Shown here in pieces: positions 37,707 to 50,136 of a DNA stretch of 64,000 nt. The stretch's first letter is position 1, and every line of letters starts with the position of its first letter. The stretch comes from Squalus acanthias (taxonomy: Eukaryota): the NCBI GenBank assembly GCA_030390025.1, contig CM059427.1:14136001-14200000 (forward strand), read 5' to 3'. The position numbers and the translations under genes were made by a program. Under the pieces are notes generated by a model that made no database searches, was not told where the DNA came from, and saw only the letters and a list, made by a program, of their open reading frames with translations.

Positions 37707-38691
37707 TTTAAGTTTGTATGCAATAGGGCATGATTTCATTTATAAATTTGGTTTGGAATGTTTATTTTGAGTTGGCTTTTATTTTTGCATTGTGGCCAAG
37801 CAGACGCCATGATGGTCAGTAACTGAGGGAAGGTATGGAGTGTGGTACTGTTGGTGAATGGGAAATTGGGGTTGAGGTTACTTGTATCACACTTCACGTA
37901 CAGCCTGGGCAGAAAGGGGCTGTCTAGGTTGCCGCCTCCCTTCCTCTTCCTCCTCCTCCTCCTCAGCTTGTCGCCTGATTGGTGGTGGCAAGGACTCTCC
38001 CCCATTAATCACAAGCATGCAGAATAGCACCACGAATATTGAAACCCTCACAGCCAAGCACTGCAGGGCTCCTCCAGGGAAGTTCAGGCAACGGAATCGT
38101 TGCTTCAGCACGTCAATGGTCTGCTCTATCACATTTCTTGTGCCAGCATGGTTCTCATTGTAGGTATGCTGTGCACGTGTGCATGGATTGTGAATCGGAG
38201 TCTTGAGCCATGTCGTCAGTAGATAGCCCTTGTCACCCAGTAGTCACCCTTTGGTTTGCCGTGACGGAAATATAGCTGGCACAGTAGACTGCCGCAGAAT
38301 GAAGGCATCATGACTGCTGCCAGGATACCGAGCATTGACCTGCATGATGCGCAGCCTATGGTCACACACCAGCTGGAGGTTGAGGAAGTTGAATCACTTT
38401 CAGTTCCGGTACATTGAAGAGTTGACATGTGGCGTCCGCAAAGCAATGTGTGTGCAGTGAATGGCACCCTGTACCATGGGGAAGCCTGCAAACCTTGTAA
38501 ATCCTCATGCTCACTCTGCCTGCTTGTCTCTGGCAAGAGGGAATGAAATAGTTATCTCTCTTTGAATACAGAGCCTCAGTGACCTCCCTTATGCAACATG
38601 GATGGCAAATAGTGAGATGTTGCTAAAATCTCCAGCACCAGCCTAGACAGAGCCAGACGTATAACAATTCATCGCCACAGTCACCTTCACA

Positions 38692-40618
38692 TAGAAACAT
38701 AGAAACATAGAAGATAGGAGCAGGAGTAGGCCATTCGGCCCCACGAGCCTGTTCCGCCATTTAATGAGATCATGGCTGATCATCCAAATTCAGTACCATG
38801 TCCCTGCCTTCTCCCCATATCCCTTGATCCCTTTAGCCTTAAGAAATATATCTAACTCCTTCTTGAATATATTTAATGAATTGGCCTCAACTGCCTTCTG
38901 TGGTAGAGAATTCCACAGGTTCACCACTCTCTGGGTGAAGAAATTACTCCTCATCTCAGTTCTAAATGGCTTACTCCTTATCCTTAGACTGTGACCCCTG
39001 GTTCTGGACTCCCCTGCCATTGGGAACATCCTTCCTGCATCTAGTCTGTCTAGTCCTGTTAGAATTTTATAAGTTTCAATGAGATCCCCTCTCATTCTTC
39101 TAAACTCTAGCGAATATAAGCCTAATCGACCCAATCTCTCTTCATACGTCATTCCTGCCATCCCAGGTATCAGTCTGGTGAATCTTCGCTGCACTCCCTC
39201 CATGGCAAGAACATCCTTCCTCAGATAAGGTGACCAAAACTGCACACAATACTCAAGGTATGGTCTCACCAAGGCTCTGTACAACTGCAGCAAGACATCC
39301 TTGCTCCTGTACTCAAACCCTCTCGCTATGAAGGCCAACATACCATTTGCCTTCTTAACCGCCTGCTGCACCTGCATGCTTACCTTCAGCGACTGGTGCA
39401 CCAGGATACCCAGGTCTCGTTGCACTTCCCCTTTTCCCAATCTATTGCCGTTCAGATAATAATCTGTCTTCCTGTTTTTGCCACCAAAGTGGATAACCTC
39501 GCATTTATCCACATTATACTGCATCTGCCATGCATCTGCCCAATCACCCAACCTGTCCAAATCATACTGGAGTTTCTCTGCATCCTCCTCACAGCACACA
39601 CGCCCACCCAGCTTTGTGTCGTCTGCAAACTTGGAGATATTACATCTAGTTCCCTCGTCTAGATCATTCATATATATTTTGAATATCTGGGGTTCTAGCA
39701 CCGATCCCTGCGGTACCCCACTAGTCACTGCCTGCCACTCAGAAAAAGACCCATTTATTCCAACTCTTTGCTTCCTGTCTGCCAACCAGTTCTCTATCCA
39801 AATCAGTACCTTACCCCCCAATCCCATGTGCTTTAACTTTGCATGCTAATCTCTTATGCGGGACCTTATCGAAAGCCTTCACGGAAGTCTAAATACACCA
39901 CTGGTTTTCCCTTATCTATTCTACCAGTTACATCCTCAAAAAATTCCAGTGGATTAGTCAAGCATGATTTACCTTTTGTAAATCCATGTTGACTTTGTCC
40001 GATCCTGTCACTGTTTTCCAAGTGCTCTGCTATTACATCTTTTATAATGGACTCTAGCATTTTCCCCACTACCGATGTCAGGCTTACCGGTCTATAATTC
40101 CCCGTTTTCTCTCTACCACCTTTTTTAAATAGTGGGGTTACATTAGCTACCCTCCAATCCATGGGAACTGTTCCAGAGTCTATAGAATTTTGGAAGATGA
40201 CCAGCAATGCATCTACTATTTCTAGGGCCACTTCCTTAAGTACCCTAGGATGTAGATTATCAGGCCCTGGGGATTTATGGGCCTTCAATCCCATCAATTT
40301 CCCTAACACCATTTCCCTACAAATACTGATTTCATTCAATTCCTCCCTCTCATTAGACCCTATGTTCCCCGACATCTCTGGGAGGTTATTTGTGTCCTCC
40401 TTTGTGAAGACAGAACCAAAGTATGTATTTAATTGGTCTGCCATTTCTTTGTTCCCCATTATAAATTCCCCTGATTCTGACTGCAAGGGACCTACGCTTG
40501 ACTTCACCAATCTTTTTCTCTTCACATATCTATTGAAGCTTTTACAGTCAGTTTTTATGTTCCCTGCAAGCTTACTCTCATATTCTATTTTCCCCCTCTT
40601 AATTAATCCCTTTGTCCT
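38692..40618 (-). mobile_element. CR1 LINE, 5'-truncated, relatively young
   Basis: ORFs 39866-40525 and 38790-39827 (RT: NYRPVSL, QHGF, GVPQGSVL, FADDTK); (TTTCTATG)n tail; 8-bp TSD CCTTCACA (38684-91, 40619-26). Confidence 0.96.
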
Positions 40619-40860
40619 CCTTCACAGCCACTGGCAATGCGGTCCTTGCCCTGCTCTCAGGTTGGAGTTGTGACTGAAGCAGTTGGCAGATTTCAGTGAC
40701 GACATCCTTAGTGAAATGCAACCATCTCAAATATTGTTCGTCACTGAAGGTAGGAGAATTGCTCCCTGAACACCATGGGCAGATATGGCCTCCTGCTGAG
40801 AGCCCTTCTCCCCCTTCTCCTCCTCCCTCTTCTAGCAGCTTGTCCTGCTCTGTGTGGCCT

Positions 40861-42115
40861 AGGAACATAGGAACAGGAGTAGGCCATTCAGCCCCTCGAG
40901 CCTGCTCTGCCATTCAATGAGATCACGGCTGTTCTGCTACCTAACTCCATATAACCACCTTTGGCCCATATCGCTTAATACCTTTGGTTAACAGAAAGCT
41001 ATCAATCTCCAATTTAAAATTAACAATTGATCTAGCATCAACTGCCATTTGCGGAAGAGAGTTCCAAACTTCTACCACACCTTTATTCCTGAAATGTCTG
41101 GCTCTAATTTTCAGACTATGCTCCCTAGTCCTAGAATCCCCAACCAATGGAAATAATTTCTCTCTATCCACCCTATCTGTTCCCCTTAATATCTGAAAAC
41201 TTAGATCAGATCACCCCTTAACCTTCTAAATTCTAGGGAATACAACCCTAATGTGTGTAATCTCTCCTCGTAACTTAACCCTTGAAGTCCGGGTATCATT
41301 CTGGTAAACCTATACTGCACTCCCTCCAAGGCCAATATATCCTTCCTAAGGTGTGGTGCCCAGAACTGCGCACAGTACTCCAGGTGTGGTCTAACCAGGG
41401 ATTTGTACTGCTGCAGCATAACTTCTACCCCCTTGTATTCTAGTCCTCTGGATATAAAGGCCAGCATTCCATTAGCCTTTTTGATTATTTTCTGTACCTG
41501 TTCATGACATTTTAATGATCTATCGACCTGGACCCCCAAGTCTCTTTGGACCTCCACTGTTTTTTAGCCTTTCACCATTTAGAAAGTACCCTGTTCTATC
41601 CTTTTTAGGTTCAAAGTGGATGACCTCACATTTGCCTACATTGAAATCCATTTGCCACAGTTTTGCCCATTCACTTAATCTGTCGATATCCTTTTGTAAT
41701 TTTATGCTTCCATCTACACTGCCTACAATGCAGTGTCTTTGTGTCATCGGCAAATTTGGATATATGACTTTCTATGCCATCATCTAAGTTGTTAATAAAT
41801 ACTGTGAATAGTTGAGGCCCCAACACATATCCCTGCGGGGCACCACTAGTCACATCTTGACAATTTGAGTATCTACCCATTATCCCTACTCTCTGTCTCC
41901 TGCCACTCAGCCAATTTCCTAACCAGGTCAATTCCATGGGCTTCTACCTGAGTTAACAGTCTCTTATGTGGGACTTTATCAAATGCCTTTTGGAAGATCA
42001 TTTTAATAACATCCATAGACATTCCCGTGTCCACTACTTTAGTCACTTCCTCAAAAAATTCAATCAGGTTTGTCAGGCACGACCCACCTTTCACAAATCC
42101 ATGCTGGCTCTCTCT
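40861..42115 (-). mobile_element. CR1 LINE, 5'-truncated, more degraded subfamily
   Basis: ORF pieces 41873-42139, 41671-41937, 41520-41753, 41201-41557 and 40941-41171; TTCCTATG-type tail; probable TSD GCCT. Removing it restores the H4-like transposase leader. Confidence 0.92.
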
Positions 42116-43782
42116 GCCTCTGCCCATTCTCCCAGTCATGCTCTATTCCAAGAGGAAGGCCTACTAGTGCACCCATGTCTGGGAGCAACTGGTTTGTGCA
42201 GAAGCCTTGAAGTCAGCAAAACATACTTGAGCATCTGCGAAACCACTCCCTGTAGACTTTGAAACTTGAAACACCTATGGAAAGCTCCAGAAACGTGTAG
42301 AATTGTAGCAACAGCCAGAAGAAATCAATCAGCAACTAACCAGTAAGTAGTTGATGATCCCTTTAAATAGCGCTGTGCGCGCTTAAGAGAGCAAGTCAGC
42401 TGGAGCGTTTGAGCTCCAAAATAGCAGTGCTGGCGTCAAATCAGTGTTGCACACTGATTGACGTCATGACCTGCCTGCTCTGCATATTTCCGGTGGACGT
42501 TAACTGCGTGCGCGTTAACGCTTTTACCAAGATGCCGTCTGGCGCGCTTTGTTTCAGAGGTGTGCACTTGCGTGCTGCGGATGCCATTTTGGAACCTTAA
42601 GGGCACTCGTAGCACCCAAAAAACGGGCACTACCGAGCCCAATTTCTCGTCCCCATTATTTGATTTTTTTCTAATGGAAATATAAAGCTTCAGGATGTAC
42701 CACGGTGATTATTATATTCCCAAGATAAAAACTGCTCATTTATAATTCCCACTTTCATTCAAGTTGGAAGTGATAATGAAGAAAAAAGATTGTTACGATA
42801 ATACTTGTGACAGACTTTTGTGTGATTATATAAACAACCATAGCTTTGTCATTGATAAAACTCCATTTCTAAATTAATCACATATTGTATCACACAATGT
42901 TACCCAAACTGCTATTTTGCTGGTATTTGTTGGTTAATATGTTTTGTTTCTAAATTTACAAAATGAAATACTGTGCTGACCCAAAAATGTGATTTGTCAG
43001 CCACAGACCTGGGTGAACAGCTCCTTTAAACTGCCGCAGTTTGTGAGGACATTTCTAACTGACACGTAGGTATAATTGAGGTACACTGGCATGAAAGTGC
43101 AGAAGTAACCTATTTAAATTATACCTTTTAATGGTGATTTTGGTATGTGAATCTCCACATTGCACTATCGCAGTAGTAAATATACTTTGAATTGTGTTTT
43201 GCATTGCTGCTAATAGCTCAGTGTGACAAAATAAAAGATGCTGACTGAATAATAGGCCACGAATTTAATTGACCTCAGAGGGCGGGTTTGGAGGCGGGTC
43301 TGCTGCAAAAATCGTAAAAATTGGGGGCGGGCTGCGAACCCGCCTCCACGCGACTTTGGGCAGCGTCAGGTCAGCCGCTCCCGAACTGACCCGACACCAA
43401 ACAGCGGGAGAGGCAGTTAAGGCAGTTAATAGATCATTAACTGCCTGCATAATCCTATTTTAAAGGCCTGATCTGATTTTGGAGGTTTTTCACCATGCTG
43501 CCCGCCTTCAGAAAAACACGCCAGGCGCATCAAGCAGGGTTGAGCTAGGACCTGAATTGTTGCCACCTGCTCAAGCAGCTTAAAAGCGGTCCAGCAATCT
43601 CTCATTATTGCACATGCCACAACTTAGAGCTTTGAGGTTTTGGAGACATTTTGCAGCTCAACTAATCCTGTGAGTGTTGAGGCTGAAATCCATCTGCAGT
43701 GTGACCTCCTTGGAATACCCTCTGGCCACTTTGTCTGAGCGCAAACAACCTCCATTCCTTGACTGAGATCTATACCAGTGGT

Positions 43783-45046
43783 ATGGGAACCATTTATATC
43801 CTCTCATCCTGGTCATCAGATTCGGAGGAAGAGCAGCCGTGGAACCAGGCACAGCAGCAGCACCAACAGCAGGAGCGCCAACCTCCTCCTCAGCCACCTG
43901 ATGCTGCAAAGGGCAGAGGGCATCAGCGCAGGGCTGCACCTCGCCACAGGAGATACTCCCAACACCGGACTTACAGGCAGAGGATGAGCTTCCTCAACAT
44001 GAGTGAGCAGCAGTGCCAAAGGAGGCTGAGACTTCCGCGAGACGTAGTCGCTGACATCTGCGCAATGCTGCACCAACACCTGGAGCCCAGAGGAGCGGGT
44101 GGACACTCCGTACCAGTGGCTGTCAAAGTCACCACCGCACTCAATTTCTTTGCTTCGGGCTCCTTCCAGGGATCAGCTGCAGACATCAGCGGCATCTCCC
44201 AGTCGGCCGCACACGCCTACAATCCGCAGGCTACCGATGCCCTCTTTGCAAAGGCACACAATTACATCCACTTCTCCACGGATGATGCAAGTGTAACCAC
44301 GCATGCCGGTTGGCTTTGCAAATATGGCAGGCTTCCCAAGAGTGCAGGGCGTCGTAGACTGAACACATGTGGCCATTAGGGCACCCCATCACAACCCAGC
44401 TATTTTTGTCAACCGCAAGGGCTTCCACTCCCTTCACATCCAGCTGGTGTGTAACCACAGGAAGATCATCATGCATGTTTGTGCCAAGTACCCTGTCAGT
44501 TGCCATGACTCCTTCATCCTGCGGCAGTCTACTGGGCCTCAGCTCTTCAATCCGCCAACGCAACTTTCCGGATGGCTACTTGGCGACAAGGGCTATCCCC
44601 TGAAAAAGTGGCTTATGACACCGATGAGGAGGCCAACAAACGAGGCTGAGGAGTGGTACAATGTGAGCCACATTTCCACCAGAAGCATCATAGAGCAAAC
44701 CATCGGCTTGCTCAAAATGCACTTCCGATGCCTCGACAGATCTGGTGGAGCCCTGCAGTATGCATTAACCATGGTGTCCAGAATCATCGTGGTCTGCTGT
44801 GCCCTGCACAACATCGCACAGCAGCACGGCTTAGCGCTGCCTGAGGAACAAGTGGCTCAACGCAGAGCATCCTCGGAAGAAGAGGGGGAGGAGGAGGAGG
44901 ACGAGGAGGAGGACAAGGAGGAGGAGGAGGAGGAGGATGAGGAGGAGGCACGCCTTGCGGGGCCGGATGTGGCCAATGCAGCAGCACTCGAGCTCATTGC
45001 TGGCCGTCATGCAAGGGATGCACTCATCCATGCCAGATTCACGTAA
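43783..45046 (+). pseudogene. Harbinger DDE transposase of H2, disrupted
   Basis: ORFs 43759-44379 and 44369-45046; frameshift near 44305; TGA at 44360-62 in GVVD*THV; [16 protein letters not shown] and [10 protein letters not shown] are retained. Confidence 0.92.
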
Positions 45047-45346
45047 GCTTACGCTTCAACCATAGATGGCTGGCATATGGCTATAAATGTGTGGATGACC
45101 TTCTTAAAACGCCATTCATCATCACTCCAATAAATGGTGCTTTCCTATCACTTTCACCATCATCATTACAAATGCAAGTCGCCCTGAGCCCTCAATGAGC
45201 AACTTCCATTTCCCAGAACACATAGGCCAGAACTTCAACTGTTTGTCATCACTTCTGTTTAATACAATCACAAAAGGATGACAATGGCAAATATATAACA
45301 CAACAAAATACAAGAGAACAAAACACCCAAGTGACTACCCTTGTGA

Positions 45347-47236
45347 CTATTTGTGTGTTAGCTTCCTCTTATGCGTGCTTCTACATGGTGCTTCCCCTGT
45401 GGCTTCAGCAGATGTAGAGGCACCTTGCTCACTTTGATGCTGCGCCTCCTTAGACGCCTTTGGCGGGCGTCCTCTGGGTTTGGGAGCCTGGGAGGGCTCC
45501 TCCACAGTCTGCTCTTCCTGCGGCTGTGCAAGGGCTGAGACAGCCATCTCAGTTGGGTGAGGAGTCTGGGGCTCTGACCAAGGGCTCCGCAGTGGCATGG
45601 TCATGTGAGCGCTTGGAGAGGAGCCCACACTTCCTGGTTGTCTGCCAGCAACATCCCTCTCATGGGTCACCTACACTTCAGTGCTATCAAGTGGCTGGAG
45701 AGCACCTGTCTGCGAATCAGTGGGGCCAGGAGGACCCGTCTCAGTACTGACAATCCTCATCCCAGGGATGTCCATGTACCTCTGGTGTCTCTCCTCAATA
45801 GATGCCCATCTATCCTCCATAGCAGACTATCTACTGAGAAGAGTCACCATGTTTTTGTGTGTTCTGCGACTTATGTCCTCCATGGAGGTTGCCACCCTCT
45901 CCATGGCGGCACGTTCATGCGCCATTGCCTCCACAAAGGTAGTGCTCATGTTAGAGATGGACTCCTCCATTCTCTCCACACTCGCAGCTACCCTGGTGGC
46001 AAACCCTGTCAGAGACTCCTGCACTTGTTCCTGGAGTTATAGTTTACTGGATGGCCCCAGAGGCACAGCGTCTACATGCAGCTGAGCAGAGCTAGGAGGG
46101 TCCCGCGACCTCCAATGAGGACTCCCCACTGCTGTCGCTGTTTCCACCATCTGCTGATGCTCACTTGTGAGCTGTGATACACCAGGTGACAACACTACTC
46201 TATGTCACGAAGGCCCCACCGAGGTGTGCGTATCTGCGCTGGTGCTGGCTGCGCTGAGTCCTGGTGACGCTGCTCCCTCAGAGACTGCAGCTTCCTCTGA
46301 GGAGTCGTCCGGCTCTTCCTCCTGGACAGTGGGGAGGGGGGCTCTCGATGCTCCTGTGGGAGAGTAAAGGCATGAGTTAGACATCTGATTTTAGGTAGCA
46401 GACACATCCTTTTGTGCAGATGATACAAAGTGAATCTCTATGAACATCATATGCCATTGCAGTCAATCATGAAATCTAAATGAGAGGGATGAAAGTTTAT
46501 TCTGTCACCAGCTTCGCCTAGTGTGCCTGTCTCTCCGTCCCCCACTTCCAGGTCCTCGCCACCTCCAATGATCTCGTGCGCAGCCTACTCAGCACTTGTC
46601 AAGGGTGGAGCCTCTCCTCCTGTCTTTGCTTTCTCCTCTTATTGTGGGCTATCTTTTCCTGCAAGGAGGGACACAAGTGGAGTTTCAGCGAGAGTGATGG
46701 AGGGACTGTGAAGAATCCATAGAAGCTTAGAGGGAGACCAAGATGGAGTGAGGTGCCAAGAGGAAGCTGCCTCCCTGTGCGTTGTTAGTTGTTGTCATTG
46801 CATAACAGTGAGAGCGAGTGTGAGGGGTGCACAGTAGGCTGGTGAAGTGATTCAGTACAGAGAGAGAGATGGATAGGTAAGGGTGCAAGGGGAGTAAGGG
46901 TAAGGTGGGATGTGGAGGAGCAGGCTTACAAAGCAGAGTGCAGGTGATGAGAAGAGAAGGGAAGCAGATTGAAGGTAAATGTGATGTGATACTCACTTTT
47001 GCTGATCGCAGAAGATCATTAAACCGTTTCCGGCACTGGTCCCAGGTGCGTGAACAAATGGACCTAGCGCTTACCTCCTCAGCAATGTGCAGCCAGGCTG
47101 CCTTTGTTTGCTGAGGAGGCTTCCTCCGGCCATCGGGAGGGAACAGAATCTCCCTGCGCCCTCTTACTCCCTCCAGAAGAGCTTGGAGGGAGTCCTCATT
47201 GAAACGTGGAGCAGCCTTCGGTTTTGCACCACTCAT
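45347..47236 (-). pseudogene. Myb/SANT-like partner gene of H2 (exons 47236-46997, 46658-46509, 46353-45347)
   Basis: Exon 1 is 240 bp as in H1 (PRFNEDSLQALLEG...RTWDQCRKRFNDLL) with the same splice sites; exons 2 and 3 carry stops and indels; C-terminal PRGRPPK and basic tail. Confidence 0.85.
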
Positions 47237-49779
47237 TGTGGCCTTGGCACATTCAGAGACCAGCAGAAATGAGAAATGAAAGGCTGAGGCTGTATGGGAC
47301 CCTTAAAAACATCTGCAGCAATGACGTCATCAGAGGCGACTAACAGACCCGATCCCAGTCATTGGACCGGCCAGCGCGCACCACGGCACTTAAGGGGCCA
47401 ATTAAATTCAAATTTCAATTCGGGAGCAGCTTAAACCGGCAGCGGGCCCAGAAACCGCCCACCAGGCAACCCGACTCCAACCCGCCTCCTCCATTAAACT
47501 CGCGGCCATAGTCTCTTGTGGGATAATAATCTTTCTAATACAACTAATGTAGTCCTATGTTGTGACAGTTCGATGTTTCACACTGTGGTGAGGACAACAC
47601 TGCAGTGTGATAGTCATTTGACAAAAAAAATGTTGATCCTGAAACACTGAAAGCTTTCCTCCATACATAAAAAAACCACAAAAAATAAGTTCAACCATGA
47701 GTCAATGCTCCAATAAAAGAATTGGATTTCCCAAACACCCTGCTCTCCCACACACACCCAGTCGTGTTACTGCACAGATTGCCAATATATAAAGGGTCAA
47801 TTTTAATGGATGTAAAATCATGGGGAGTATGCCCAAGATTTCCCAATATGTGCTCCTGGTGGGTTAGGATCCCTACTGGGAGCTTGATTTTGTAAAATGG
47901 GCCTAAAAATTTCCCTTGTCTGTGCATCCTATTGCATGAAAATGACATTGCAACACATAAAAGATATTTCTTAAAATGGGGTCTATTTTCAGACCATTTG
48001 GCATAAAGACAGTTTAGAGAAGCATAAAGACCTACCACCTCATTATTAACATTGAATATTCTAATCCACCGTGTCTTAACTACTGCCAGCAGTATATTAA
48101 GGCTTATCATTTGATGCCAGTTGAAATTATTCAACCTTACCATTCCAACAAATGAAAGTCCACTGCCTGGTAAGCAGATGTATGTGATTTATTATGCTGG
48201 TGAAGGTGAAAGGTCGAAGATGTCAACAAAAGAGAAGTCACACAGGACGTCATTTTTTTGTACTAATGAAACAGTAGCTCAAATGCAAACGTGCTATTTT
48301 TGCCATGGCACTTCCTGGTCACAAGAAAACCACTGTTTAAAGACCTCGACTGTGATCACATACAAAATAAATAAAGCTTCCACCTTCCACAGAACTGTGG
48401 AACATATCAGTGATTTGGATTGTGACTAATCAGGACCATTAACATTCAGGGCCGAGGTCTGTGGCAAGCCCAACTACATTATGTAGCAAGCGATAGCAAA
48501 AGCTGCAATAGGTCTATGCAGGATTGGAGGGCAAATCTGTTTAGAATCACATCATTTTAATTGATTCCATTGTCTCTGGGAGTCACTGTCATCTATTTCA
48601 TGGGAAATTAGATTTGCCTCTCATGGCATAAAAATAAAAATGATCAAATATTAAAGCGACCAGATAAGATTTAGTACTGAAGAAGAAATAGACTGAGATG
48701 GGCTCACATAAAAGGTTATCTGAACTGGAAGTGTTAAAAGTTACAACTTTCTCTGCAAGAGTTTTTACTTTGTCATTATTTACAGGCATGCAAGGGCAAG
48801 TGTTAGAATGAAAAATGACTTTCTCTGCATTTGAAAAACAATAGGCTGTATAGGTGATATTCCTACTGGAATAGGCAAAGGACACATTGTACTAACAGGC
48901 TCTATTACAGAATTAACGAACATTTTTCTGATTGCTAAAAGTTAGACTGAAAAATTACTATTGTTAAACTGTTCTTCAGCAAAGTAACCTTGGTACAAAT
49001 AGGATGAAGACATATTAGAATCCTTTGGATTTGTTACAGCAGAGGCCATAATTAAGGCTATTTCCGAAGGCCAGACCTTCAAATTATATTTATAATTTTA
49101 TAAATAATTTGAAGGCAGACTGATGCTATAATCGTCCTGGAAGATCACTTATCAGATACAATGAAAATGGCCTTGCACTCAGTCTTATCTTTAAAAGGGG
49201 AAAGATCTATCAAGGTGTGGACACGTTTGCCCTTTATCTTCACTAAACATATAATTTTCACTAATGCTAATCAGATTTTAAAAAGTGCTTCTACAGTTAA
49301 TCGCCACATGATCTAGGATGGGCAGACAATTAAGTGATAGGATGTAAGAGGCATCCGATCTTATCACTTGTTCAGGGAGTAGTGATGAAGTGGTAATTGA
49401 GCTGTTCCTCCTCTCAGGAAGAAGTATTTAACAGTGAAATGACAATTTATTCTGAGTCATGTGACAAAGGTGTCAGCCATTTCAATTTTAGCCTTCCTGG
49501 CATTTGTGCCCATACCCAGTAGGAATGCATTAGTTTGTGTGTGCATGCCTTGGGATGTTTTTCTACATTCAAGGCTCTATGCAAATGTAAGTTGCTGCTG
49601 TTGTTGCTGTCGTGGCTGTCATCGCTGTAATTCTCCCATGCACAGAATGCACACAAACTTGCTCTTATCTGCTGATACTTTGTCAAAAATCCTCAGAATC
49701 CACTACATTTGCTACTTCAGCTGATTGATAAATTCAGAAATGATTTGCATTAAAAGTGAAAGTGTGAGTGCAGGCAGAT

Positions 49780-50135
49780 GAAGTTATAGCATATAGCATT
49801 TTGAGTTTTATGAATAAGGGGATATGGTGCAAGATATGCTAAATTTGTATACGGCAATGGTTGTGCCACAGTTAGAGTATTGTGTGCATTTTAGAGCGCG
49901 CCATTATCAAAACATTCAAGCGTACAGTGTAGATTCATCAGGATGATAACAGGGATAGGGTACTACCGTTATGAGGAAAGACTTGAGATACTGGGATCAT
50001 TTCCACTAGAGCAAAAAAGGTCAAGAGCTGATTTAGTAGTTTTCAATAATGAAGGGTTTGATAGAGTGAATAGGGGAGCACTATTTCCTCCTGTTTGGGG
50101 GTGAGTAATGAGGAGTCATCAATTTAAAATAGAGA
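49780..50135 (+). mobile_element. Old CR1 3' coding fragment
   Basis: Decayed LNLYTAMVVPQLEYCVHF, YEERLEILG and MKGFDRVNR motifs. Confidence 0.7.
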
Positions 50136-50136
50136 G

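Larger units (their letters stand above)
37880..42176 (-). pseudogene. Harbinger transposase of H3, split in three by CR1 insertions
   Basis: ATG at 42176; LHFTKDVVTEICQLL...LPVAVK at 40860-40619; remainder at 38691-37880 with IEQTIDVLKQRFRCL and GGALQ; several frameshifts. Confidence 0.82.
35525..42653 (-). mobile_element. Full-length Harbinger H3, interrupted by two CR1 insertions
   Basis: Short asymmetric ends GGGGCTAAATT / AATTTCTCGTCCC shared with H4; flanks CAA/CAT (one-mismatch TSD); Myb gene on +, transposase on -. Confidence 0.88.
43255..47507 (+). mobile_element. Full-length Harbinger H2 (4253 bp), diverged relative of H1
   Basis: TIRs GGCCACGAATTTAAT / ATTAAACTCGCGGCC (13/15 match), TSD ATA (43252-54, 47508-10); collinear with H1. 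Confidence 0.95.

Noticed and set aside
47579-47611. Short imperfect hairpin TCACACTGTGGTG...CACTGCAGTGTGA
   Set aside because: Too short for a pre-miRNA and without supporting context.
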